From the IMG/VR virus record IMGVR_UViG_3300037863_000046, positions 1-28,614 of that record: a stretch of DNA of 28,614 bases. One strand, written 5' to 3'. The position numbers and the translations under genes are program-made. The stretch comes from a virus (Duplodnaviria > Caudoviricetes). Of this stretch, positions 21,133-28,420 are shown in pieces; position 1 is the first letter of the stretch, and the number at the start of each line of letters is the position of its first letter. A model generated the notes under the pieces. That model had not been told where the DNA came from. It did not search any database and was given only the letters and a program-made list of their open reading frames with translations.

Positions 21133-21318
21133 TTAAAGCGGGTCTGTAATTCCTTGGACCTGTGTAGGCCATTCAACCTTTGACTCAGCTAATGCTTGAG
21201 CCTTAGCGGCTACATACTTAGCATCTGCTGCTGGATTTATCTGAGGTGTAGTTACTGCGCCTTTTTCAATGTAGTGACCTTTATCGCCTTCAGTTGTGTA
21301 ACTTGGTGTAATTGCCAT
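21133..21318 (-). CDS. Hypothetical protein (start re-called at 21318)
   Basis: MAITPSYTTEGDKGHYIEKG...; ATG lies just after the stop of 21320..21649; the longer track start overlaps that gene. Confidence 0.6.
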   Translation of the reverse strand: MAITPSYTTEGDKGHYIEKGAVTTPQINPAADAKYVAAKAQALAESKVEWPTQVQGITDPL

Positions 21319-21319
21319 A

Positions 21320-21649
21320 TTATTTATCTTTCTTCTTAGGCTTTTGTGCTTCTTGCTTTTTCTTTGTAGCGCCACCAACAGCAGCAATAACACGCGCTTC
21401 TGACGCTTTCTTTGTCTCACGCTTTTCAATAAATTTTCCTCGAGCCAGAGTACGATCTGCGTCATTTTGGCGACGGGGTTGCATAATTTTTGCAGCCTTT
21501 CTTACCTCGGATGACTTTAACTTTTGGCCTGTAGATTCTTTAGCATTTTGTTTTACAAGTTTTTCCGTCTTACCGTAACTAACTCCACCAAAACCTCCCT
21601 TGGCGTGGTTGCGTGCATCATTAACTTTGTCTTTTATTGATTTTGCCAT
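21320..21649 (-). CDS. Highly basic Lys-rich protein
   Basis: 109 aa, AAGGAG RBS, between TerL and portal. Confidence 0.7.
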   Translation of the reverse strand: MAKSIKDKVNDARNHAKGGFGGVSYGKTEKLVKQNAKESTGQKLKSSEVRKAAKIMQPRRQNDADRTLARGKFIEKRETKKASEARVIAAVGGATKKKQEAQKPKKKDK

Positions 21650-21658
21650 TACTGCTCC

Positions 21659-23518
21659 TTAGATAAAGTGACGTTCTTTTTCAGCAAGCATCTCATCTAT
21701 GTTGATGACTACTCGCTTACCCATCTCGTGTCTAGATAGGAAAGGGTTTTTCATATGGTGGTTTGCGTACTGACCGTTATTGAGCATCTCACGTGCTCGG
21801 ATCTCACAAAACCACAAAGCCATTACCATATCGGTCTTACCCTTAGTAGTAGGTGACCAGGTAATTAACTGCTCTATTAAAGCCTTAATGTTCTCAGTTT
21901 GATCTGAAGGCAGGTGCATTAGGTTATCTCTATGGTGCTTACCATCTGCTTGCTTAGTACCAAACAGGGTAGACATAGATGCCACACCAAAGCCTGAGTC
22001 CCACTTATTAGAACCAGTATGGTGCTCACGAAGTATTACACCACGTGAGGCTAGGTGGCGACGCAGTTCTTCATCTTGCGTAAGGAAAGCCTGAAAGGCG
22101 TTCTTTTCTACAATCCACTCAGACGGCCCGTAAAGGGAAGTCCAGTCAATTATAAGTCCCTTGATTTGTGCAGGAGAAGGTCGAGTAATTTTGAAAGCAT
22201 CAACGATATAGCGTTTATGAGTAATGCGATCGACTGCATAACAAACCACAGCGGTATCACCAACAATAGCAGGGTCCATACCGCAAATAAAACTATACCC
22301 GTTAAGGTCGCGCGGATGACCAGGATTGCCTGCAATTAACTTACCAGCCTTACGCATACCGTCAATGGAACCGCGTACTGTGACAGGATCAAAGATTGCA
22401 TTGTCTGAGACATCTTGTTGTTGATAGACCAAAGCCCACGTCTGTGCGTCCATAGCTTGGCGCTCTGAAGATAGGTGCTTGCCGTTCCATCTAGGATAGA
22501 GACCATTTTCATCTTTATCTGTGTCAACTTGTCCTTCAAAGGGTTGGTCGGATTTGGGCCATAGAGTTACCCACTTTTCTTTATCTTCATTTGTTTCCAA
22601 AAGGGCTGGCATAGCAAGATATGTCCAAGGTACTTGACCGCCTGGGTAGCGGTCTTCTTGGCGTATCTCGCGGTATAGATCAACGGATGCTACACGTGTA
22701 CCAATAATAATAAGTTTGCCTGTGGGGTTAAGGCGGGACCGTACGTCTTGCGTTAACCAGCGAATCTGCTTTTCGAACTCGTTAGCGTTCTTAAGAGTAA
22801 CGGCGTCATCTACAATAATCATATCGGCACGCTTGCCGTAGATCTGACCGCCGATACCGACAGCCTCAATATTTGGATCCTTCTCAGATGACTCACGAAG
22901 TTCATCACCAAAGGTAACGCGGGTTGCAGTCCAAGTAGCAGACTTAGAGTTAAAGCCAACACCAGCGGCGTAGGCTGCTTGTAAGTCAGCATACATTGGG
23001 TGGGTCAATCTTTGCTTGATAGCATAAAGGAAGTCTGCTGCAAGTTGCTGAGTCTGGGAAACTATCAAGACTCTAAAGTTGGGATTTTGGACTACCTTCC
23101 ACGTTACGTAGTCTACGGTGACCGTAATGGACTTGGCGTGGTTGGGAGGGATGTTAATCAAAATACGGTTCTGGTTTAGACCAGGTTCAAACTTCATAGA
23201 GGGGTGGAGCCAGGATGGCTCGCGTCCCTCAATTACATCTATAAGGTTTTGCTGATGACCGAAGGTATGCTGATGCAGGTACTTTTTGCGAAAGGTAGCA
23301 AAATCTATGTCGTGAACATCAGTTGAGGCAAAAGCCTTGTCTTTTAGACCAAGGCGCGTTCTGTCTATCTTGTCTGTAAATATCTTATCTGTGCGACGGT
23401 AATACTCGTAGGTCTTTAAAGATTTGCCGGCCTGACCACAGGCGGCCTCAATAGTCATACCCTCGGCAACACAGCCAATGATTAACCGCTTGGCGATGTC
23501 GGCTGAGTTGTCTGCCAT
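21659..23518 (-). CDS. terL: Terminase large subunit with N-terminal HTH-like extension
   Basis: Walker A-like NIPPNHAKS, Walker B MIIVDD, coupling motif IIGTR, RNase H-like GMDPA, VEKNAFQ, and C-terminal TDMVMALW; AAGGAG RBS. Confidence 0.92.
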   Translation of the reverse strand: MADNSADIAKRLIIGCVAEGMTIEAACGQAGKSLKTYEYYRRTDKIFTDKIDRTRLGLKDKAFASTDVHDIDFATFRKKYLHQHTFGHQQNLIDVIEGREPSWLHPSMKFEPGLNQNRILINIPPNHAKSITVTVDYVTWKVVQNPNFRVLIVSQTQQLAADFLYAIKQRLTHPMYADLQAAYAAGVGFNSKSATWTATRVTFGDELRESSEKDPNIEAVGIGGQIYGKRADMIIVDDAVTLKNANEFEKQIRWLTQDVRSRLNPTGKLIIIGTRVASVDLYREIRQEDRYPGGQVPWTYLAMPALLETNEDKEKWVTLWPKSDQPFEGQVDTDKDENGLYPRWNGKHLSSERQAMDAQTWALVYQQQDVSDNAIFDPVTVRGSIDGMRKAGKLIAGNPGHPRDLNGYSFICGMDPAIVGDTAVVCYAVDRITHKRYIVDAFKITRPSPAQIKGLIIDWTSLYGPSEWIVEKNAFQAFLTQDEELRRHLASRGVILREHHTGSNKWDSGFGVASMSTLFGTKQADGKHHRDNLMHLPSDQTENIKALIEQLITWSPTTKGKTDMVMALWFCEIRAREMLNNGQYANHHMKNPFLSRHEMGKRVVINIDEMLAEKERHFI

Positions 23519-23845
23519 TGGATCTCCTTTAAAGGTAGCGCCGAAGGCGTATAAAAAAAATTTTGAGATAGGCCGAAATGAAAATGCTTTTTATACCTGC
23601 GTTGCTAGATTTTTACCCACCAGGGTAAAGATATACCTGTCCCAATGTTATTTGTAAAAAGACAGAACTATCCAATACTAAGTAGTACTGGTCGGGCTTG
23701 GCGCCCGAGTGAGCCCTAAGCGAAATGAGGGGTAATAACGTACTCGGCCTAGGGGGCCTCGACAGAGGCAATTCGGGGCTTCTAGAAAGCTTAAGCCCCT
23801 ACTATATATAAGGCAGGAAATTTAACGTATTTCTCGTTTTAGCAA

Positions 23846-23861
23846 TGTGATGTGTAACACA
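23846..23861. promoter_or_regulatory. CRP/GlxR-like box 1 (TGTGA-N6-ACACA)
   Basis: TGTGA TGTGTA ACACA; 9/10 match to TGTGA-N6-TCACA. Confidence 0.5.
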
Positions 23862-24088
23862 GTACGTATAAGTGCTGTTCAGAGCCTATTTGACTTTAGG
23901 AAATATTTCTTTTTAGGGAGTATATATATAGAGCGCACGCGCTTCAACAACAGGGGGTCTCGTTTTTTGCCTAAGTTAAGGGTACCCCCGCCCCCCCTGC
24001 TTGCTTATGCGTACGGGTTGGCTGATTATCTAAAAGAATATGGGGGCTGACTAAACTATCGGCAGGGATAATTTAATAGCTCTCTACT

Positions 24089-24116
24089 TAATAGGGGCAG
24101 ACTAATAGGGGCAGAC
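24089..24116 (+). repeat. 14-bp direct tandem repeat (TAATAGGGGCAGAC x2)
   Basis: Exact duplication at 24089-24102 and 24103-24116, followed by a degenerate ATAGGCA. Confidence 0.85.
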
Positions 24117-24286
24117 ATAGGCAACACTTAACAACTAACCGGCTCTAGCTCTCACTCTCTCTACTACTCACAGCTTACTAATTGCAAAATTGAATCAGGG
24201 CTAGGCTGTCTGTCTATTGTCGATAAAGAGACATAGCCTAATTAAATAAAGCTCTAATAAACAACCCTTAAGCCTTACCCCTATAG

Positions 24287-24302
24287 TGTGACGCATAACA
24301 CA
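24287..24302. promoter_or_regulatory. CRP/GlxR-like box 2 (TGTGA-N6-ACACA)
   Basis: TGTGA CGCATA ACACA; same deviation as box 1; just upstream of a putative early promoter. Confidence 0.55.
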
Positions 24303-24313
24303 CCCTTAGATAG

Positions 24314-24341
24314 TGGACGGGGCTACCCCATACATTAGAAT
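24314..24341 (+). promoter_or_regulatory. Putative sigma70/HrdB-type early promoter
   Basis: TGGACG (24314-19), 16-bp spacer, TAGAAT (24336-41), ~40 bp upstream of the first early ORF. Confidence 0.45.
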
Positions 24342-24383
24342 TAGCACTAAGAGTAAAAGCTCTTAATTATGAGAGGGTAAAAA

Positions 24384-24731
24384 ATGAGACTACTAAGCGA
24401 AGAATATCAGGGGTGGAGCAATCGCGAGACTTGGGCTGTAGCTTTACACCTAAGTAATGACCAAGGGCTTTATATTGAGACGCAAGCACTAACGCGCGAG
24501 GCAATGGCTAAAAATTTAACTAGTAATCCAGATTATTGGTTAGCGGATAGCCTTGAAGAATTAGTATATGAATTGTTCAAATTTAAGAATGTCTCCACTA
24601 ATGAAGAGTTATTCAATATGCTCGCTTATATTGGATCTCTCTACCGCGTGAATTGGCGCGAGATCGCGCAGGGTTACATCGATAATATGGTGAGTGATAG
24701 CGCTATCGGCTTGCAAGGTGTAGCCCTCTAA
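24384..24731 (+). CDS. Early hypothetical protein (GWxNxETW motif)
   Basis: 115 aa; YQGWSNRETWAVALHLSND motif recalled from phage early proteins; GAGGGTAA RBS. Confidence 0.75.
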   Translation: MRLLSEEYQGWSNRETWAVALHLSNDQGLYIETQALTREAMAKNLTSNPDYWLADSLEELVYELFKFKNVSTNEELFNMLAYIGSLYRVNWREIAQGYIDNMVSDSAIGLQGVAL

Positions 24732-24834
24732 TTAAGGGTTAGCCCTATCCCCTAAGCGGGGCGCGGTGAGCAAGACACTATAGGGCGCGAGACTAGGCGC
24801 TAGGCTTAGACTTACAATAGAGAGAGGGCAAGTA

Positions 24835-24933
24835 ATGGACATAATAGAAGAGATCGTTAAAGAGATAGAATTAGAGGCTTGGCGCGAGTTAGGTGTAAAG
24901 CGAGCGAAAGAGAGAGAGGGAGAGGGTAAGTGA
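24835..24933 (+). CDS. Early peptide (32 aa)
   Basis: Not in track. MDIIEEIVKEIELEAWRELGVKRAKEREGEGK; GAGGGCAA RBS at 24824-31. Confidence 0.55.
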   Translation: MDIIEEIVKEIELEAWRELGVKRAKEREGEGK

Positions 24934-25070
24934 TTACTAGGCGCGGGAAAATAGTGAGGGCACTAACTATCCTGGCACTATTAGCCTTAATCGTATGGAT
25001 ATCGGGGAATATATGGTGGACAGGCGAGGGCTGGTGTATCGGATCTATGAGTGAGTGCGTAACGATCTAG
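24930..25070 (+). CDS. Small membrane protein (46 aa)
   Basis: Not in track. GTGA-coupled; MITRRGKIVRALTILALLALIVWISGNIWWTGEGWCIGSMSECVTI: basic N-terminus, one TM helix, two Cys. Confidence 0.65.
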   Translation: MITRRGKIVRALTILALLALIVWISGNIWWTGEGWCIGSMSECVTI

Positions 25071-25169
25071 GCGCGAGACTATCGCCTATCGTGTAAGCGG
25101 TAGACGGTGGCCGGTGTCTAGCCGGTTCTCTGCCGCGATAGCGGGAGAGATTGAGAGAGAGGGCAAGAG

Positions 25170-25334
25170 ATGATAATAGAGAGAATAAGACATAGTGGCG
25201 CGCTAGTGCTATCCGATTCTGTAGGAGAGGGCGCGAGCGGATACCTTTACACGCTCACCTGGGTTATGGGTGAACAAGCGCAAGCGATAAGGTTATTTAA
25301 GATAGCACTAGCGAAAGAGGGCGAAAATGAGTGA
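25170..25334 (+). CDS. Early hypothetical protein (54 aa)
   Basis: Not in track. MIIERIRHSGALVLSDSVGEGASGYLYTLTW...; GAGGGCAA RBS at 25159-66. Confidence 0.6.
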   Translation: MIIERIRHSGALVLSDSVGEGASGYLYTLTWVMGEQAQAIRLFKIALAKEGENE

Positions 25335-25566
25335 GTATAATTACAGGGTTACTTTCGTGACTGATTACTTAACAATTACCACCAATACGGAGCTTGCTTT
25401 AGATGAGCATACCGGCAATTTAAGCTTAGCTGCCTACACGTTAGCGGCACAAGCTGGCCGCGATAACGTTATAGATGAGTTAGGCTCATTTGATGAGACA
25501 CTAATTAACAATATAATAGTTACTTTACTGTTGGATAATGAAGATATTGAATTGGATGTATCCTAA
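25327..25566 (+). CDS. Early acidic hypothetical protein
   Basis: 79 aa; GAGGGCGA RBS at 25317-24. Confidence 0.7.
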   Translation: MSEYNYRVTFVTDYLTITTNTELALDEHTGNLSLAAYTLAAQAGRDNVIDELGSFDETLINNIIVTLLLDNEDIELDVS

Positions 25567-25695
25567 CGCTAAGTAGTGGCGTACTATCTTACTCTACCTA
25601 AATAGGGTAGAGTAAGGTAGTCTGCACCTAACAAGGGTAGATACTCACCAGCAAACGCGGGTGGGGAAGAGAGCAAGTGGAAGAGGGCGAGAGCA

Positions 25696-25839
25696 ATGAG
25701 TAAAATACTAATGGCGTGGGAAGATGGCGTTAAAACTTATGATATATCTGATGAGTTGGAGCGCGTTAAAGAAGAATTAAAGCAAGAGATCGCAAAAAAT
25801 CTTGCGTGGGCTAACGGAGAGGGCGAGAGCAATGGTTAA
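25696..25839 (+). CDS. Early hypothetical protein (47 aa)
   Basis: Not in track. MSKILMAWEDGVKTYDISDELERVKEELKQEIAKNLAWANGEGESNG; GAGGGCGA RBS at 25683-90. Confidence 0.6.
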   Translation: MSKILMAWEDGVKTYDISDELERVKEELKQEIAKNLAWANGEGESNG

Positions 25840-25957
25840 AATGGATACGTGGGACGAAATGCGATGTCCACAATGCGACACGTGGTTCTACCCTGAAAAG
25901 AATCAACGCAGGTGGTGTCAAGTATGCAACGACAAAGAGGGAGAGAGCAATGAATAA
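25832..25957 (+). CDS. Small zinc-finger-like protein (41 aa)
   Basis: Not in track. MVKMDTWDEMRCPQCDTWFYPEKNQRRWCQVCNDKEGESNE (CxxC-x13-CxxC); GAGGGCGA RBS at 25819-26. Confidence 0.65.
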   Translation: MVKMDTWDEMRCPQCDTWFYPEKNQRRWCQVCNDKEGESNE

Positions 25958-26111
25958 CGAATACCTGAAAGCTAAGTTTGATTTGTGCGTAGACCAAGCA
26001 GAAAAGAACATACAAGAGGAGAACATAGACGAGGCAATTAAGAACCTACGCAGGGCTAACCTTGCTCTGTCTCGTATCTTTAACCTAAATGAGGAGGAGA
26101 GTAATGGATAA
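25950..26111 (+). CDS. Early helical hypothetical protein (53 aa)
   Basis: Not in track. MNNEYLKAKFDLCVDQAEKNIQEENIDEAIKNLRRANLALSRIF...; GAGGGAGA RBS at 25937-44. Confidence 0.65.
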   Translation: MNNEYLKAKFDLCVDQAEKNIQEENIDEAIKNLRRANLALSRIFNLNEEESNG

Positions 26112-26364
26112 CGTATTCTCTATTCATCAACCAAAGTCTGATCTTATCCTGCTCTATGAGGTAGTGGGAGAGGACGGACACCCTGTATGGGGAGGAGAGG
26201 ACGCTAGCGAGGCTCTTAAGTGGCTACGCTCTAACCTTGCAGACAGGGCACGCTTACTAGTATCTGCTTGGGATAGCGACGCAGAGGACGCTCACTTGGT
26301 AGGTCAGACGATAGACCTAACTCAGATAGTAATGGCTGCCTTCAAAGAAGGGCTAAAGTTATGA
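26104..26364 (+). CDS. Hypothetical protein (start re-called at 26104)
   Basis: MDNVFSIHQPKSDLILLYEVV...WGGEDA...VSAWDSD; GAGGAG RBS upstream of ATG 26104. Confidence 0.7.
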   Translation: MDNVFSIHQPKSDLILLYEVVGEDGHPVWGGEDASEALKWLRSNLADRARLLVSAWDSDAEDAHLVGQTIDLTQIVMAAFKEGLKL

Positions 26365-26450
26365 TGTATTGGTTGGGGATAGGGCTAGCTTTGCTGGTAG
26401 CCTATGTGATTATAGTGATAGATGAGAAGGTTAATAATGAGAGAAAGTAA
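26361..26450 (+). CDS. Small membrane peptide (29 aa)
   Basis: Not in track. ATGA-coupled; MMYWLGIGLALLVAYVIIVIDEKVNNERK. Confidence 0.5.
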   Translation: MMYWLGIGLALLVAYVIIVIDEKVNNERK

Positions 26451-26724
26451 AGAAGTAAGCGGTAAGCAAGCAGTTCACTATCGAAACTACAGACGAGCAA
26501 GAGATCGTGCGCTAGTGCGCCTGTCTCACCTTCATCCCAACGTGTATAAAGACCTACTTATTGAAGAGAGGCAGAGAGATGAAGACCAAAATACGAAATG
26601 GGTTAGTAGTAATACTAGCGTTAGCGTTACTATGGGTGTTCGCTCCGGACCAAAACGTAAGAATAGAACTACCAAAAGATCTAGTAATCGTGGCAAGACA
26701 CGCAACAATGGAAGAAAAGCGTGA
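26437..26724 (+). CDS. Basic hypothetical protein (YRRARDRAL motif)
   Basis: MRESKEVSGKQAVHYRNYRRARDRALVRLSHLHP...; start re-called at 26437; C-terminal tail overlaps the next gene. Confidence 0.65.
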   Translation: MRESKEVSGKQAVHYRNYRRARDRALVRLSHLHPNVYKDLLIEERQRDEDQNTKWVSSNTSVSVTMGVRSGPKRKNRTTKRSSNRGKTRNNGRKA

Positions 26725-26995
26725 GAACAGGTCACTTGTCGTTAGTTACTCACGAGCCCTCGGTTACACCAAGAGTGAAACCAAGTGCCTCATCACCCTT
26801 TGGACCCGTGAGAGCAGGCTTGACCACCTTGCAGACAACCCAGAATCAACAGCTTTCGGAATTGCTCAACTTCTTAGAGAGCGTAGTCGAGAGCCTGAAC
26901 TACAAATCCTTCACGGTATACGATACCTTGAACACCGTTATCGAGGAAATTCGTGCCGCGCTCTTGCCCACAGCAACAGACGAGGCTGGTACTAA
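26579..26995 (+). CDS. Lytic transglycosylase (SLT/lysozyme-like) with N-terminal TM/signal anchor
   Basis: CLITLWTRES (catalytic Glu), ADNPESTAFGIAQLL, QILHGIRYLEHRY, C-terminal GWY as in actinobacterial SLT-like proteins; hydrophobic LVVILALALLWVF; start re-called at ATG 26579. Confidence 0.82.
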   Translation: MKTKIRNGLVVILALALLWVFAPDQNVRIELPKDLVIVARHATMEEKRENRSLVVSYSRALGYTKSETKCLITLWTRESRLDHLADNPESTAFGIAQLLRERSREPELQILHGIRYLEHRYRGNSCRALAHSNRRGWY

Positions 26996-27075
26996 TGAGT
27001 GATTTAACGGCGTTATACATCACCATAGTTCTTACTTCATTCATTCTTGCTTGGATAGTCTGGAAGTGTTTCTAA
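26995..27075 (+). CDS. Small membrane peptide (26 aa)
   Basis: Not in track. TAATG-coupled; MSDLTALYITIVLTSFILAWIVWKCF. Confidence 0.45.
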   Translation: MSDLTALYITIVLTSFILAWIVWKCF

Positions 27076-27095
27076 TGGGCGAGGTGGAGGAATAA

Positions 27096-28274
27096 ATGAA
27101 ACTAATAAACGCAGACTGCATCGCGGCAATGAAGGATATGCCTGACAACTCGGTGGATTCAATCGTCACGGACCCACCTTACGAGCTAGGGTTTATGGGT
27201 AAATCTTGGGACTCAACTGGTATTGCCAACTCCGTTGAAATGTGGAGCGAGGCGTTACGAGTCCTTAAGCCAGGCGGTCACTTAATCGCCTTCTCGGGTT
27301 CGCGCACTTATCACCGTATGGCAGTCGCTATTGAAGATGCAGGGTTTCAAATCCGCGACCAGATTATGTGGGTGTACGGGTCGGGTTTCCCTAAGTCGCA
27401 CAACATTAGTAAAGGGATTGATAAGGCAAGCGACTACAACGGCGAAGTCATAGGTACAGAGACTGTTGATGTCGGTATGCAAGGTGGGAAGATGCACTCA
27501 GGCAGACCGCAACAACTCGCAGAAAGGGAAATTAAAAAGTCATCTCCCGCCGCTCAGCAATGGGAGGGCTGGGGAACTGCACTAAAACCTGCTCACGAGC
27601 CGATGGTGTTGGCACGGAAACCTTTTATTGGCACCGTTGCAAATAATGTCCTCACTCACGGCACGGGTGGATTGAACATTGATGGGTGCAGGGTTACCGC
27701 TGAAGATGAAAACTTTGACAACCTAAAGGGCAGACCAATAACAAAATTGGCAATTCAGCGAGTGGGGGAAACAGATGCTGACCACAGCGCCCGCGTTCTT
27801 GAGTCGCCAGCGCAACAAGAGGCGTTAGCAAAACTTAAAGAACTAAGTCGTTTCCCCGCAAACTTTATTCACAATGGAAGCGATGAGGTGTTGGCGTTGT
27901 TAGGAGACGCTGCCCGATTCTTTTATTGTGCCAAGACTTCAAAGCGCGATAGGAATGAAGGGCTTGAGGGGTTTGAGGTCAAAGAAAAGCGTTATATGGC
28001 AACTGCAAACGGAACTGGTGAAACATCAAAAGGGATGGATAGATTTACGACTCAACCTATCGCCAACCATCACCCAACCGTCAAACCAACCGACCTTATG
28101 CGCTATCTATGCAGACTTATCACACCGCCAAACGGAACGGTACTCGACCCATTTATGGGAAGTGGCTCCACCGGCAAGGCGGCAATTCTTGAGGGCTTTG
28201 ATTTTATAGGAATTGAACAGGATGCCGCTTACATTGAGATTGCTAAGGCCAGGATTGCTTATGTCCAATCTTGA
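27096..28274 (+). CDS. N6-adenine/N4-cytosine DNA methyltransferase (beta class), orphan
   Basis: Motif IV VTDPPY, HPTVKP, motif I VLDPFMGSGSTG in beta order; GGAGG RBS; no neighbouring restriction endonuclease gene recognised. Confidence 0.93.
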   Translation: MKLINADCIAAMKDMPDNSVDSIVTDPPYELGFMGKSWDSTGIANSVEMWSEALRVLKPGGHLIAFSGSRTYHRMAVAIEDAGFQIRDQIMWVYGSGFPKSHNISKGIDKASDYNGEVIGTETVDVGMQGGKMHSGRPQQLAEREIKKSSPAAQQWEGWGTALKPAHEPMVLARKPFIGTVANNVLTHGTGGLNIDGCRVTAEDENFDNLKGRPITKLAIQRVGETDADHSARVLESPAQQEALAKLKELSRFPANFIHNGSDEVLALLGDAARFFYCAKTSKRDRNEGLEGFEVKEKRYMATANGTGETSKGMDRFTTQPIANHHPTVKPTDLMRYLCRLITPPNGTVLDPFMGSGSTGKAAILEGFDFIGIEQDAAYIEIAKARIAYVQS

Positions 28275-28398
28275 GTTGCGCGAGGAGATAGCCAAAGAGA
28301 TTGAGGCGTTATTTGATTACATAGATAATCGTAGGCCTGATTATTATCAGGCTTTAGAACAAGCCGCCGCTATCGCTAGGGGCGAGGTGAAGGAATGA
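28261..28398 (+). CDS. Small helical hypothetical protein (45 aa; start re-called at 28261)
   Basis: MSNLELREEIAKEIEA...QAAAIARGEVKE. Confidence 0.55.
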   Translation: MSNLELREEIAKEIEALFDYIDNRRPDYYQALEQAAAIARGEVKE

Positions 28399-28406
28399 GT
28401 AATATC

Positions 28407-28415
28407 TGATACAAT
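28407..28415 (+). promoter_or_regulatory. Extended -10 promoter (TGnTACAAT)
   Basis: TG-A-TACAAT at 28407-28415, in intergenic DNA 8 bp before a hairpin, with no ORF downstream on this strand. Confidence 0.6.
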
Positions 28416-28420
28416 AATAA

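Noticed and set aside
23847-24050. 67-aa plus-strand ORF in the control region
   Set aside because: No RBS; overlaps a CRP-like box, TA tracts and a C-run; likely spurious.
24742-24810. tRNA gene
   Set aside because: Too short; no anticodon arm or canonical TTCRA loop and no CCA end.
26721-27002. Third overlapping ORF (93 aa) within the transglycosylase gene
   Set aside because: Alternative frame of a gene with clear catalytic motifs; no recognisable features despite the GTGA coupling.
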